Numbered from the stretch's first letter, positions 54,272 through 63,871 are shown. The stretch: DNA of 64,000 bases from an archaeon (GCA_002688355.1 NZCT01000024.1:111762-175761), one strand, 5' to 3'. Numbers and translations: made by a program. The notes: generated by a model not told the origin, from the sequence alone.

Positions 54272-56521
54272 TTAAGCCGATGTTACAATTGTTGGACTTG
54301 ATGCTGTTCCAGCAACTTTAACTGAAGTTCCACTCAATTGTGAACTAAATGCGTTGTAGCTTTGTAAGACTTTTGCTGCTCTTCTTGTATCGTCTCCAGT
54401 CCATCCAGAAACAACCAATGCAACATTATCTCCATTGTCCTTTATTTCAAGGACAGCTTCACCTTCTTGTAGTCCAGAGTCTGCTCCGTATGCCGGATAA
54501 GTCTTTCCTAAGAACTGTGCACTTAGTCTATTTACAGCAGGTCCACCAATCAAAATTAAGTTATGGTTTGCTGGCGTAGTAACTTCTGTGTCTAACATTG
54601 CGTCAGGCGCTGTAGCATATGTAGAAATCGCTGCTCCACCACTACTTCCACCACTAACAACAGTTGCTCCAGTTCCTGGTTTAACAACTACATTTACTTG
54701 TACTTGATCTCCAGGTATGCTTAATTCAACTCTATCACTTGCACCATTACTCTTTGGGTCTTTGATGATAGTACCATATCTCGTTCTATGGTTCTCATCT
54801 TTAGTACCAACATTAGTACCTTCCCAATTAACTTCTCCAGCTTCTTCACTAGATTTAGTTGCTCCTAATTGAGTTACTCCACCTGACGAATTAGTCCAAG
54901 ACGTATAGAGTGTATCTCTTTGTGCAGTTAAGTCATCAGTTGAATCTCCAACAGCATCCAGTTGCAATACCCAACCTGTAATATTTGCAGTTCCAGGTGG
55001 TTGACCAGTAGGCGTATTTGTTCTATTCAACACTAAGTTTGTAGATTTTGTATCGTCAAACTGAATCTGAGCAAATCCAACACCACTAGTTGCATTACCT
55101 GCAAATGTCTTCTTCTTCAAGTCTTTATCGTGATAATATACACCATTATCAGTCAACCATAATTCTTTTGTTTCTTTATCAGCTGAGATATTACCCAAAC
55201 CAGATCCAGATTGAATTAATTTTATCTGATCATCTTTTTGTGCCTTAACATGTAACACATTTGCATTTGAAAGACCAGGTACTTTAGTATCTGAAGTCAA
55301 GTCTATACCTTCCACTAATTCCAGTGTAAGATCAAAGTAGTTATCATCTGCAACAGTTAAACTGTCAAGACAAATACTTACATAGCTGTTTGGTAAGTCA
55401 ATACAAGAACCTTGTTCAATAGCATCAGAATCTGAGCCATCTCTATAGTTCCAATCATTTTCTATACCAATAAATGATCCCGAATTAGATGCATTTATTT
55501 GAGCTGTGTATGAATTACTAACAGTTGTTGTTCCTTTAGTATTCAAATTTCCAAGGTCCCAAATCCATTTTGGATCATCCTCATCTTCACCGATGTATTC
55601 ATCTCCATCAGAATAACTTTCAGTAGCGTCTTTACCAACTACTAAAAATGCTGATCTCTCAGCTTTATCATCTGTGTAGAATGTATCATCGTTTTTAATC
55701 TCTAGTCCATTAACGGTTTTAGTTGTATCTGCAGAAACTGATTCTTGTGTTCCGTCAACATCAACAAGAACATTACCACCAGAACCTACTTCTTTCAAAG
55801 TGATAGTTTTACCCTCAACGTCAATAGTATCATCTATTTTTACAAAGTATTCAGATCCTACATTTGCTGTAAATTTAGTTGCTGAATCAATAGATGTTAT
55901 CTTTAGAGATTTTCCTAAAAATTTAATATCTAAAGCATCACTTGATGATGTTGTATTAATTTGGATTGTTTCATCAAACGCATAATAATATTTTATAGCA
56001 TCTGATACAACTTCCATAACTACATTGTCTTCATAGTCATCATCTGTAGCTGTTAAACTTGTTTCAGCACTCACATTATTTAAATTGTTTACACCTAATT
56101 CAAGTCTTTCACTTACATCATAGTCACTTCCTTGGAAACTAATTGTAGTATCCAAAAGTGTAGAAATATCACTATCTGTCAAACTTCTTTCAACTTGATT
56201 TCTTGCAGCAACATTACTTCCAAGAGGAATATCTTCTGTTACTCCACCTGCAACTGTTACTGTTCCACCACCACTTGTTCCTGGAACAGGTACTGCACTT
56301 AAACTTGTTGCAATGTCTGTTAAAGCTAAATTATCAATACTTTTAGCATCGTCACCAACAACACCTAGATAATCAAATTTTTTGTCTGCTGTATTAACAA
56401 ACGGTGCGGGATAGTTACCCAAATCAGCTTGAGCTAAAGCCCCTGTAAGAGACATTCCTAGCATTGCTGCACCAGTAGAAATAGCACTAATTTTTTTAAT
56501 CATACTCTTTATATTTTGCAT
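54272..56521 (-). CDS. Secreted surface (S-layer-like) protein, about 750 aa
   Basis: Probable start is MQNIKSMIKKISAISTGAAMLGMSLTGALAQA, a signal peptide with AQA cleavage-site-like motif (the track ORF extends to 56548). The protein is Thr/Ser/Asp/Gly-rich with almost no Cys. The C-terminal segment NHNLILIGGPAVNRLSAQFLGK...VALVVSGWTGDDTRRAAKVLQ resembles surface-layer C-terminal domains. It has a strong upstream repeat element and a downstream T-tract terminator. Confidence 0.5.
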   Translation of the reverse strand: MQNIKSMIKKISAISTGAAMLGMSLTGALAQADLGNYPAPFVNTADKKFDYLGVVGDDAKSIDNLALTDIATSLSAVPVPGTSGGGTVTVAGGVTEDIPLGSNVAARNQVERSLTDSDISTLLDTTISFQGSDYDVSERLELGVNNLNNVSAETSLTATDDDYEDNVVMEVVSDAIKYYYAFDETIQINTTSSSDALDIKFLGKSLKITSIDSATKFTANVGSEYFVKIDDTIDVEGKTITLKEVGSGGNVLVDVDGTQESVSADTTKTVNGLEIKNDDTFYTDDKAERSAFLVVGKDATESYSDGDEYIGEDEDDPKWIWDLGNLNTKGTTTVSNSYTAQINASNSGSFIGIENDWNYRDGSDSDAIEQGSCIDLPNSYVSICLDSLTVADDNYFDLTLELVEGIDLTSDTKVPGLSNANVLHVKAQKDDQIKLIQSGSGLGNISADKETKELWLTDNGVYYHDKDLKKKTFAGNATSGVGFAQIQFDDTKSTNLVLNRTNTPTGQPPGTANITGWVLQLDAVGDSTDDLTAQRDTLYTSWTNSSGGVTQLGATKSSEEAGEVNWEGTNVGTKDENHRTRYGTIIKDPKSNGASDRVELSIPGDQVQVNVVVKPGTGATVVSGGSSGGAAISTYATAPDAMLDTEVTTPANHNLILIGGPAVNRLSAQFLGKTYPAYGADSGLQEGEAVLEIKDNGDNVALVVSGWTGDDTRRAAKVLQSYNAFSSQLSGTSVKVAGTASSPTIVTSA

Positions 56522-56668
56522 TGAACACACCTCCATGTGTTTTCCCACGTAGGGATTCGATTTTTATTATTTATTAACATTAGCCAGATAGTATTAACCT
56601 AACTCCTATGTTATCAAGTTAAAATAAAATCTGATTTATAAACATTTCTCTACTAAAACATATATGAA

Positions 56669-56720
56669 TGCCTTAATTCCCTTAAATTTTAACGAATTAA
56701 GCCTTAATACCCTTAAATTT
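56669..56720. repeat. Two copies of a 21-bp direct repeat (GCCTTAATTCCCTTAAATTTT / GCCTTAATACCCTTAAATTTA), 31 bp apart, in the promoter region of the S-layer-like gene
   Basis: Read directly at 56669-56689 and 56700-56720. The region is AT-rich with TTTAAAT-like cores, suggesting TATA/BRE-like elements or a regulator binding site. Confidence 0.45.
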
Positions 56721-56774
56721 ACATCAGGAAAGAGCATAATCACCACTTGAAAATATTGAATATTTTTTATCATT

Positions 56775-57209
56775 TTATCGTCTTTGATAACACAAATTTA
56801 AGTCTACTTCTATGTTAGTAGATAAAGGTTGTGTTGAGGCAGCAATTCTCTCTCTACACGTTCCTCTTTTCAAACTATATGGTTCGAATTCATAGTTTAT
56901 ATTATCTTCAAGGCTATTATCAAGTATTTTAGTTATTTTTTCCTTTAATTCCTCACAAGAACCACAATTTCCATTACCAATCTCATCACAATTAAGAATT
57001 TCATCTTTTATACTAACTCTATTACACAACGTTGTTTTTAAAACAGAATTTCTCAAATTATTTGCCTTTACTTCTAAAATTCTATCAGCGTCGCTGTTAT
57101 CACTAGAATTTATTTTCAAATATAAAAATAATACAAATATTAACACTAATAAAACAACTATAATAACTAACCCAAAAGATTCTATCTGTCCTTTTTTTAG
57201 TTGAACCAT
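56775..57209 (-). CDS. Archaeal type IV pilin-like protein (class III signal peptide)
   Basis: MVQLKKGQIESFGLVIIVVLLVLIFVLFLYL: a KG|Q prepilin-peptidase-type site followed by a hydrophobic helix. The C-terminal region has Cys pairs. Confidence 0.6.
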   Translation of the reverse strand: MVQLKKGQIESFGLVIIVVLLVLIFVLFLYLKINSSDNSDADRILEVKANNLRNSVLKTTLCNRVSIKDEILNCDEIGNGNCGSCEELKEKITKILDNSLEDNINYEFEPYSLKRGTCRERIAASTQPLSTNIEVDLNLCYQRR

Positions 57210-57673
57210 TTAATCTCCAATACACCAGATTTATATTCTTTTAACCCTGGGTAATACAATGAAATAGGTGTTGTTAAAATATTAACATTTTCTTTATTAC
57301 CATTATCATCATACAAAACAAATTCATTACAATCGGGATAGTTACTTGCATCACACACACCCTCGCTGTTAAGTGGATAAATTTCCCTAATTCTTATCTC
57401 CATAAAACCTAATTTTTCTAATTTTAGATTAACTAATTTACTAGTATCAATACTATTTTCTTCTTGTCCTAAGTTACTATAAACTACATTAGGATCATTT
57501 GGTAAAGTGCTTAACAAATTTAAAACTCTATTTCTCTCGAATTCATTTCCCAAATCCTCGACGCTAGCTATGTTATATCTATAAAAAATAGTTATACTTA
57601 ATATCAAAATAATACTAAATACAATTAAGACAATAATAGTTTCATTAATCTGCATTATTCCTTTTTTATTCAT
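57197..57673 (-). CDS. Archaeal type IV pilin-like protein (class III signal peptide)
   Basis: MNKKGIMQINETIIVLIVFSIILILSITIFY. Confidence 0.5.
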   Translation of the reverse strand: MNKKGIMQINETIIVLIVFSIILILSITIFYRYNIASVEDLGNEFERNRVLNLLSTLPNDPNVVYSNLGQEENSIDTSKLVNLKLEKLGFMEIRIREIYPLNSEGVCDASNYPDCNEFVLYDDNGNKENVNILTTPISLYYPGLKEYKSGVLEIKWFN

Positions 57674-57679
57674 TTTTTC

Positions 57680-58543
57680 TTAAAAAACGCCAACACAACC
57701 TTGTCCAATTAATCTTGTATTTTCCTCGTCTAAATCTTTAGCTATTTCATAATCTAAATTACTTTGTAAATTATTAATATAATCAATTACCAAATTATAA
57801 TTGCAACTAACTCTATTAATAACATTAATTTTACTTTTATAGACGTTACCAACATTATTTGTTTCTTCTTTTATTTTATCTAACAAACAAGAATAATCAT
57901 CTCCAAAGATAGCACCATATAATAATTCTCTACCAACATAAATTTTCTCTTCACCATTAACGATTACAGTTCCTTGATTAATATCTCCATTAACCTTCAC
58001 ACCTTTATTATCAAAACCACTTGCATCTAAAAATATTAATTTTCCATCATTTTTTAAATTACTAGATCTTATAACTGAAAACTTCTTCCTTATATCTTCG
58101 GGCATATTTTCTAATAGTTCTGAACTTAATGTACCAAAATCTTCAACAAAATAATACTTAGCATCATCTGGGATTATATAATAAAAACTTGAAATCTTAA
58201 AAGGTAATTTATATGGTTCATACCAAATTAATATTTTTTTATCTAGTTGCCTAGGTGAAAATATAATATTCTTCGTCTTAACTTCCCTTTCTTCTGCATT
58301 TAATTTTCCACATCTACTTGTAATTTTTACAGGCAAATTTAACGTATCAAAAGTCTTAAACGAACTTGCTTGTAAAGCTGTTAATGTATTATCTAAATTA
58401 TTAATTATTTCAGTATTAGTTTTACTCTCTTGAAAATCTTTATATTTAATTGCAAAACTAACAAAGAAAAATAAAAATAATGCTCCAACCACGACGATAA
58501 AAATCCAATTAAACTGAAATTGCCCTTTTTTCATTTTATTCAA
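57680..58543 (-). CDS. Archaeal type IV pilin-like protein (class III signal peptide)
   Basis: MNKMKKGQFQFNWIFIVVVGALFLFFFVSFAI. Confidence 0.6.
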   Translation of the reverse strand: MNKMKKGQFQFNWIFIVVVGALFLFFFVSFAIKYKDFQESKTNTEIINNLDNTLTALQASSFKTFDTLNLPVKITSRCGKLNAEEREVKTKNIIFSPRQLDKKILIWYEPYKLPFKISSFYYIIPDDAKYYFVEDFGTLSSELLENMPEDIRKKFSVIRSSNLKNDGKLIFLDASGFDNKGVKVNGDINQGTVIVNGEEKIYVGRELLYGAIFGDDYSCLLDKIKEETNNVGNVYKSKINVINRVSCNYNLVIDYINNLQSNLDYEIAKDLDEENTRLIGQGCVGVF

Positions 58544-59048
58544 CTTTACTTATCTCAACAAAATTCTCTCCATCAAGAAACTTACTTTCTAAAACAAAAC
58601 TAAATGCACCATTTATTATCCTAAAACATAATGGATTTTCACTAACTTTTAAACCATTAACATCAAAAGAATATTTATCTTTAAACGGAAGCAAGACAAC
58701 ATTATCATTTATATTTTCCAATACAATTTTTTCATCATCATTTAAATTAGTTAAATCTAAACTTTCATCTTTATTTATCACACAAATTTTACTAACGTCT
58801 TCTGGTAAAGCCAAGGGTTTCCTACTTGATCCTTTAGAATATTCTATCAAACTTCCAGGACTTTTATAAAAAATATCATTGACTTCTTTATCTAATTTAT
58901 TCTTAAAGTCAATTAACTTAGCTTCTTCACCCACATCTAAAAATTTTGAAATCATGTTAAATCCAAATATAAAAACAAACCCAACTACAACAATAATAAG
59001 AATATAAACAAAAACTTGTTGGATCATTCCTCTTTTACTTTTAAACAT
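58536..59048 (-). CDS. Archaeal type IV pilin-like protein (class III signal peptide)
   Basis: MFKSKRGMIQQVFVYILIIVVVGFVFIFGF. Confidence 0.5.
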   Translation of the reverse strand: MFKSKRGMIQQVFVYILIIVVVGFVFIFGFNMISKFLDVGEEAKLIDFKNKLDKEVNDIFYKSPGSLIEYSKGSSRKPLALPEDVSKICVINKDESLDLTNLNDDEKIVLENINDNVVLLPFKDKYSFDVNGLKVSENPLCFRIINGAFSFVLESKFLDGENFVEISKVE

Positions 59049-59123
59049 AATTTAAGAATATTAATTTTATTTATATAATTATTGAATTTCCTACATTATA
59101 CTATAACACACAATTACATTACA

Positions 59124-59735
59124 CTATAACGTATCAGAAGATACATCAAAAACATTGTATTTTATTTTTAATTTCTTTAAATCTTTAATTAAATCATTAC
59201 TTCTCTCAATTGGGATTATAAAAACACCTCTAGATATCTTTTTACCATTACTCTTTTCTATAATACCTTTACTTATGTAAGTTTTATTTTTCCTTTTTTG
59301 TTTACTACCATATAATTTCCTCCAAAGTCTAACTTTATCTTTAAATTCTCCTTTAAATTCAACTGTAAATAAAGAATAATTATTTCCTCTAATTTTTTCT
59401 TTAAATGAAGAATATAAAACTAAACCATTGCCAACTATAGATCTTTTTAAATCAGGAAAATCATCTAATTTCCCACTAATAACTCTTATTTGGTTCTTTA
59501 CATTTAAAGGTTTCCAATATTTTAAATATTTAGCTGACTGATAAAATTCATCAGTTATTTTATTAATTTTATCTTCAATATTTACCCCACTTTCGATAAA
59601 AATATCAACATCACTTTCTTTTGTTGCTTCTCCCCTAACAACACTACCAAATAAAAATATTCTATCAATTTCCTTATTATCTAAATTATACAACAAATAA
59701 GATACAAAATCATAAGCAAAACTAACTAATTTCAA
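59124..59735 (-). CDS. Minimal nucleotidyltransferase (Pol-beta superfamily, MNT-like)
   Basis: RIFLFGSVVRGEATKESDVDIFIE matches the GS-x9-11-DxD NTase signature. Confidence 0.6.
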   Translation of the reverse strand: MKLVSFAYDFVSYLLYNLDNKEIDRIFLFGSVVRGEATKESDVDIFIESGVNIEDKINKITDEFYQSAKYLKYWKPLNVKNQIRVISGKLDDFPDLKRSIVGNGLVLYSSFKEKIRGNNYSLFTVEFKGEFKDKVRLWRKLYGSKQKRKNKTYISKGIIEKSNGKKISRGVFIIPIERSNDLIKDLKKLKIKYNVFDVSSDTL

Positions 59736-60126
59736 TTTTAACTCCTAAACTTTCAATCAAATCTTTAAATTCATAAAGATAGTTTAATGTATTATCAATT
59801 AACTCCAATGGTTGTTTCTTTCCATAGCATAATATATTTCTTTTTTCTTCTATTCTAAACAACAAATCAAGAATTTTCTCTTTTCCTTCAAAATCAAAAT
59901 CTAATTTTTCTTTAACTTTGTTCTTAGATTTAAACCATTCATGTTTTAATAAATAGTCCACCTTTAAAATTCCTTTTTCATGTAAATACAACTCAAGAAT
60001 ATTTACTGCAACTAATGAAACATTAAATCCTACTGTTGTCTGCTTTTCTTCAATACCTTTATCAATAGCCCATTGAATAGCAGAAAAGCCTTCCTTAATT
60101 ATTCTTATGTGATTTTCACTTAACAT
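59722..60126 (-). CDS. Small helical protein, putative HEPN-like partner of the adjacent NTase
   Basis: 134 aa, immediately upstream of the MNT-like gene with a 14-bp overlap, which is the canonical HEPN/MNT gene order. A Rx4-6H motif was not confidently identified. Confidence 0.35.
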   Translation of the reverse strand: MLSENHIRIIKEGFSAIQWAIDKGIEEKQTTVGFNVSLVAVNILELYLHEKGILKVDYLLKHEWFKSKNKVKEKLDFDFEGKEKILDLLFRIEEKRNILCYGKKQPLELIDNTLNYLYEFKDLIESLGVKIEIS

Positions 60127-60202
60127 TTTACGTTATAATATAACATATATTTACATTATAGTATAATGTAACAATTTATAAAGATTTGGTTTTTAAAAAA
60201 AT

Positions 60203-63200
60203 TTAAAGCTTAGGATAAACACTTAAAACATTAGAAGTTTGTCCAGTAAATTCATGTTTACATAACACATGGAACACTTCATTATCATCTATTACTTGAC
60301 CATGTGTTATCATATCATTAGAAGTTAACTCTACACCATCATCAAAACTAAATTCTTTATTATCGTTACTAAATCTACAAGTTGCTTTCTCATCTGTTCT
60401 AATATTTAATATACCTCCAGATGAAGTATAAATAGCATTTACTGTAGGTATTAAACCAGTATTAACTTCTACTTCTAATAATTTTTCATCAAAATTACCA
60501 GCTAAATCTCTACACCACGTATATATATCATAACTTCCAGATTGCAACGGTAAAGATTGTGTATGTTTAACATCATCTGTAACTTCAAATTTAAACCTAT
60601 TTGGGTCTAAAAATTTAGTAAAACTATATTCACAGCTTGCCTTTCCATTCTCAGCACCTTCACTAGTCTCTAACTCTAAAATAACATCTTCAGCATAAAC
60701 TAATCCATTAGGTTTCGCAGAGTCTATCTTTAGTCCCTTAGTTCCTCTTAAATTTAAACTAGTACTCTCACTATTAATATTTCCCGCTAAATCCTTACAT
60801 CTAAAGAAGAATGTATTATCTTTATTATCTTCTAAATCTTCCAACTTTGCAGAACATGCAAATTGATTATTTCCTGTTCTTCCCTGTAAGCACGTTGTAT
60901 TAAAACCCATTAAATCATAATTCTTATCACTTGCAGAGAATCTACAACCACCTTGAGCTAATACTGGTTCATTTGTAAATACCAAAATATCTGTTTTATT
61001 CAATCCTTTAGGGATAAATGAATTATCATTAATACTAAAACCTTCTATTACTGGAGGTTGTGGATCAGGACCAGTGTCAACTTCGAATTTAATAAAAAAT
61101 GGCGCTTCTTTTTTATTTCCATTGTCATCTTTACATTTAACATAATAAATATTTTCTCTTCCGGCATATGCCAATATTTGATTATCATCAATTTGAATTT
61201 CTGTCCCTTCACTTCCTGGTGGAGATGCAGGTATATTTGCAGCATTAATAGTCATGATATGTTCTTTCTTAAGTCTAGTATCCTCAAATACTTTCATCTG
61301 ATCATATTCTAAACTTGGTGAATTATCGATTACGCATGTTGCAAATTCATTTGTTTCAACCCCAATTTTAATATTTGCAAATGGATCTAACTTTTCTTTA
61401 AACTCATAACCTTCAAAAGCACCTAATCTTGAAGGGAAAATAAAATCATTCTCCGTTTTTGGATCTACTGGTAAAAGCTTGATTGTCGGAAAAATTATAT
61501 CATTTTCATCTACCCATATACATGTTTCATTACCAACAAAAAATTCATTCTTTAATTCACATGCACGTCCTAAACTCTCACATTTATATTTTGTACATTC
61601 ATTAAAATCATTGCATCTTTCACAATTTTTTCCACCATCAGGCGGAACCCAAGCATTACATGTATATTCATAAGTTATTGTAGCATCATCAGTTCCAAAG
61701 TAATTCAAAATTAATATTAATGCCGCAACACCTATAACAGCAACTGTCGCTATAGCTGCTATTGAAGCAGGAGTACTTAATGTTGCTACTGAAGTACCTT
61801 TAACTGCCGCTGCAGTACCACCAGTAGCAAATATATCAACAGTTCCAAAACTCAAAACAGCGCCTAGAGTTCCAAATGACAAGGATCCTCCAAGGAAAAT
61901 AGCTGAAAAAGCTATTGCTCCTCCTGCAGTACCAAGTAAAATATTTGCCGCTGTTCTACCACTATCTGGTTTATCAGAATCTACAAAACTAGCAAAAGCT
62001 AAATCTAAATTATATAATTGAAAATACAAACTACCATTTAAAGGTTCTTCAACTTTATTATTAAATGGATATATTGGTAAATTAACTCCTCTAATAGATA
62101 TAATATTTCCATTTGTTTCTATAACACTAGGTTCACCATCCAATCGATCATCAGGTCCAAAAGCAGTAAATCCATTTCCCTTATCACCTAAAACATTGTA
62201 GTTAAATCCACAATCACCTAAACTTCTACAAAAATTTTGCAATCCTTCAATATACTCAGGATTTGTACAATCAGAATTTGATTGTTTTTCATAGCTAATA
62301 CTAAAAGGACCATTATACCAATATTCCTTACATGTCCAAACTCCATTCTCTCCAAAGTTCCTCTCACAACTATTTCCACTTAAATCTCCTTCAGGAACAG
62401 CTGGGCTACAAACTTTTATTGCATCATTCCAAAAACATTTTCCGAAAGCAGCTTCACCACAAGCATTTTTTCTACATAACTGTTTTTTACCACATTCAAA
62501 TCTTTCATCGTCTTTCAAATCTGAACATTCTCCAATTGCAGTTCTTGCTTCTTCTAATTCCTCGCCACTCAAACTGCAAGTTCCATCATCTTGAACATTA
62601 AGGCTCAAACACTCATCTGCATTATTAGGTTGACACTTAGCAGAACTATAATCAAAACTCAATCCACTTACACTTTTAGGGATAACTCCCTGTGCACATA
62701 TTTCATTTCTATTTTCTTGACAAGTTTCAACCTTAACTTTACCATTGAAACAACTTCTTTTATAATGCTCAGAACCAACTAAATCATTTCCTTTTCCAGT
62801 TACACCTTCATATTCACACCATTCTTCCCCATTAGCTCTAAAATCTCTTCCACTTAAATCATCTTCCCAAAATAAATTAGTATCACTAGTTTCAAGATCT
62901 TTACAACTTAAATCTCCACACCAAAATTTTAATTTATCATCTGAAACAGGAACACCATCTGGAATTCCTGTACAAATACTTCCTTTGCTAAAGTCACAAT
63001 TTCCACAAGTCAAACTTTCAACATTATTTGAATTAGCATTACAACTATCACTTGGAGAAACTCTCTTACCATCTGTCCTATAATTTGTACCATAAATATT
63101 TTCAGGATTGTTATCTGAATCGAACCAATAAACTTTTTCTTTAAAACAACCAGTATGGTGTTTTTCAGTTACTTGACACCCATATTCAGAAAAACTACAT

Positions 63201-63871
63201 AAACCATTAGGTTTAAACTCACCATTTTTACTAGAGCATTCTGCTGCTGTAGCAAAAGAACATTCATTTGGTAAAACACAACATCCTGTATTTAAACTTC
63301 TTGATTCAGATAAACAAGCATTTTCAGTAGGTACAGAAGCATCAAAAACAGTACTTAGCCTTAAGCTTCCATAATCTTTTATAGCACTTGCACATTTTGC
63401 TTGTGTTATAAAAGCGCTTCCTGTTGGTAAAGCACAACACCCTTTTTGGCAAACTTGAATAGTTTCTTTTGTACCTACATTAAACTGTCCACCTTGATCT
63501 AAACATACGCCTTTTAATGTATTTGAATTACATACTCCATCAACAATACAAACACCAGGTTTACAATCTTCAGTTTGTTCACAAGTTGTTCCACTTGGTT
63601 GTCCAGCTGTTAAATCACAATTATTAGAACTAGTATAAACACAACTTTCTCCTTTATATTCACTTTCTTGTTTAGTTCTTTGACAACAAACATTTAAACC
63701 AGTATTTTCACTAGTCCCTTGATATCCTACAAAATCTTCACTATATTCATATTCTTGAAGTTCATTAGAAGCACTTACAGGGCTTAACAAATGAATACTA
63801 AACACACTAGAAATAACTACACTAATTAAAAAAATTGCAATTACCTTTAAAATATTTTCACTTCTTTTCAT
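60203..63871 (-). CDS. Giant (1222 aa) cysteine-rich secreted/membrane protein with mid-protein TM cluster and C-terminal tandem repeat domains
   Basis: N-terminal signal/anchor MKRSENILKVIAIFLISVVISSVFSIHLLSPVSA. It is followed by ~600 aa containing ~70 Cys. A Gly/Ala-rich hydrophobic block of ~85 aa follows (ILLGTAGGAIAFSAIFLGGSLSFGTLGAV...VAVIGVAALILILNYF). The ~500-aa C-terminal region carries repeated motifs: CKDDNGN, CRFS...FRCKDLAGN, WCRDLAGN and CRFS...CKHEF. Confidence 0.5.
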   Translation of the reverse strand: MKRSENILKVIAIFLISVVISSVFSIHLLSPVSASNELQEYEYSEDFVGYQGTSENTGLNVCCQRTKQESEYKGESCVYTSSNNCDLTAGQPSGTTCEQTEDCKPGVCIVDGVCNSNTLKGVCLDQGGQFNVGTKETIQVCQKGCCALPTGSAFITQAKCASAIKDYGSLRLSTVFDASVPTENACLSESRSLNTGCCVLPNECSFATAAECSSKNGEFKPNGLCSFSEYGCQVTEKHHTGCFKEKVYWFDSDNNPENIYGTNYRTDGKRVSPSDSCNANSNNVESLTCGNCDFSKGSICTGIPDGVPVSDDKLKFWCGDLSCKDLETSDTNLFWEDDLSGRDFRANGEEWCEYEGVTGKGNDLVGSEHYKRSCFNGKVKVETCQENRNEICAQGVIPKSVSGLSFDYSSAKCQPNNADECLSLNVQDDGTCSLSGEELEEARTAIGECSDLKDDERFECGKKQLCRKNACGEAAFGKCFWNDAIKVCSPAVPEGDLSGNSCERNFGENGVWTCKEYWYNGPFSISYEKQSNSDCTNPEYIEGLQNFCRSLGDCGFNYNVLGDKGNGFTAFGPDDRLDGEPSVIETNGNIISIRGVNLPIYPFNNKVEEPLNGSLYFQLYNLDLAFASFVDSDKPDSGRTAANILLGTAGGAIAFSAIFLGGSLSFGTLGAVLSFGTVDIFATGGTAAAVKGTSVATLSTPASIAAIATVAVIGVAALILILNYFGTDDATITYEYTCNAWVPPDGGKNCERCNDFNECTKYKCESLGRACELKNEFFVGNETCIWVDENDIIFPTIKLLPVDPKTENDFIFPSRLGAFEGYEFKEKLDPFANIKIGVETNEFATCVIDNSPSLEYDQMKVFEDTRLKKEHIMTINAANIPASPPGSEGTEIQIDDNQILAYAGRENIYYVKCKDDNGNKKEAPFFIKFEVDTGPDPQPPVIEGFSINDNSFIPKGLNKTDILVFTNEPVLAQGGCRFSASDKNYDLMGFNTTCLQGRTGNNQFACSAKLEDLEDNKDNTFFFRCKDLAGNINSESTSLNLRGTKGLKIDSAKPNGLVYAEDVILELETSEGAENGKASCEYSFTKFLDPNRFKFEVTDDVKHTQSLPLQSGSYDIYTWCRDLAGNFDEKLLEVEVNTGLIPTVNAIYTSSGGILNIRTDEKATCRFSNDNKEFSFDDGVELTSNDMITHGQVIDDNEVFHVLCKHEFTGQTSNVLSVYPKL

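Noticed and set aside
56522-56548. Track start of the S-layer-like ORF at 56548 (MGKHMEVCSMQNIK...)
   Set aside because: A signal-peptide-like N-terminus begins at the third Met (MQNIKSMIKKISAISTGAAMLGMSLTGALAQA). The 9-aa extension would place a Cys and charged residues ahead of the n-region, so the downstream start is more plausible. The original remains possible.
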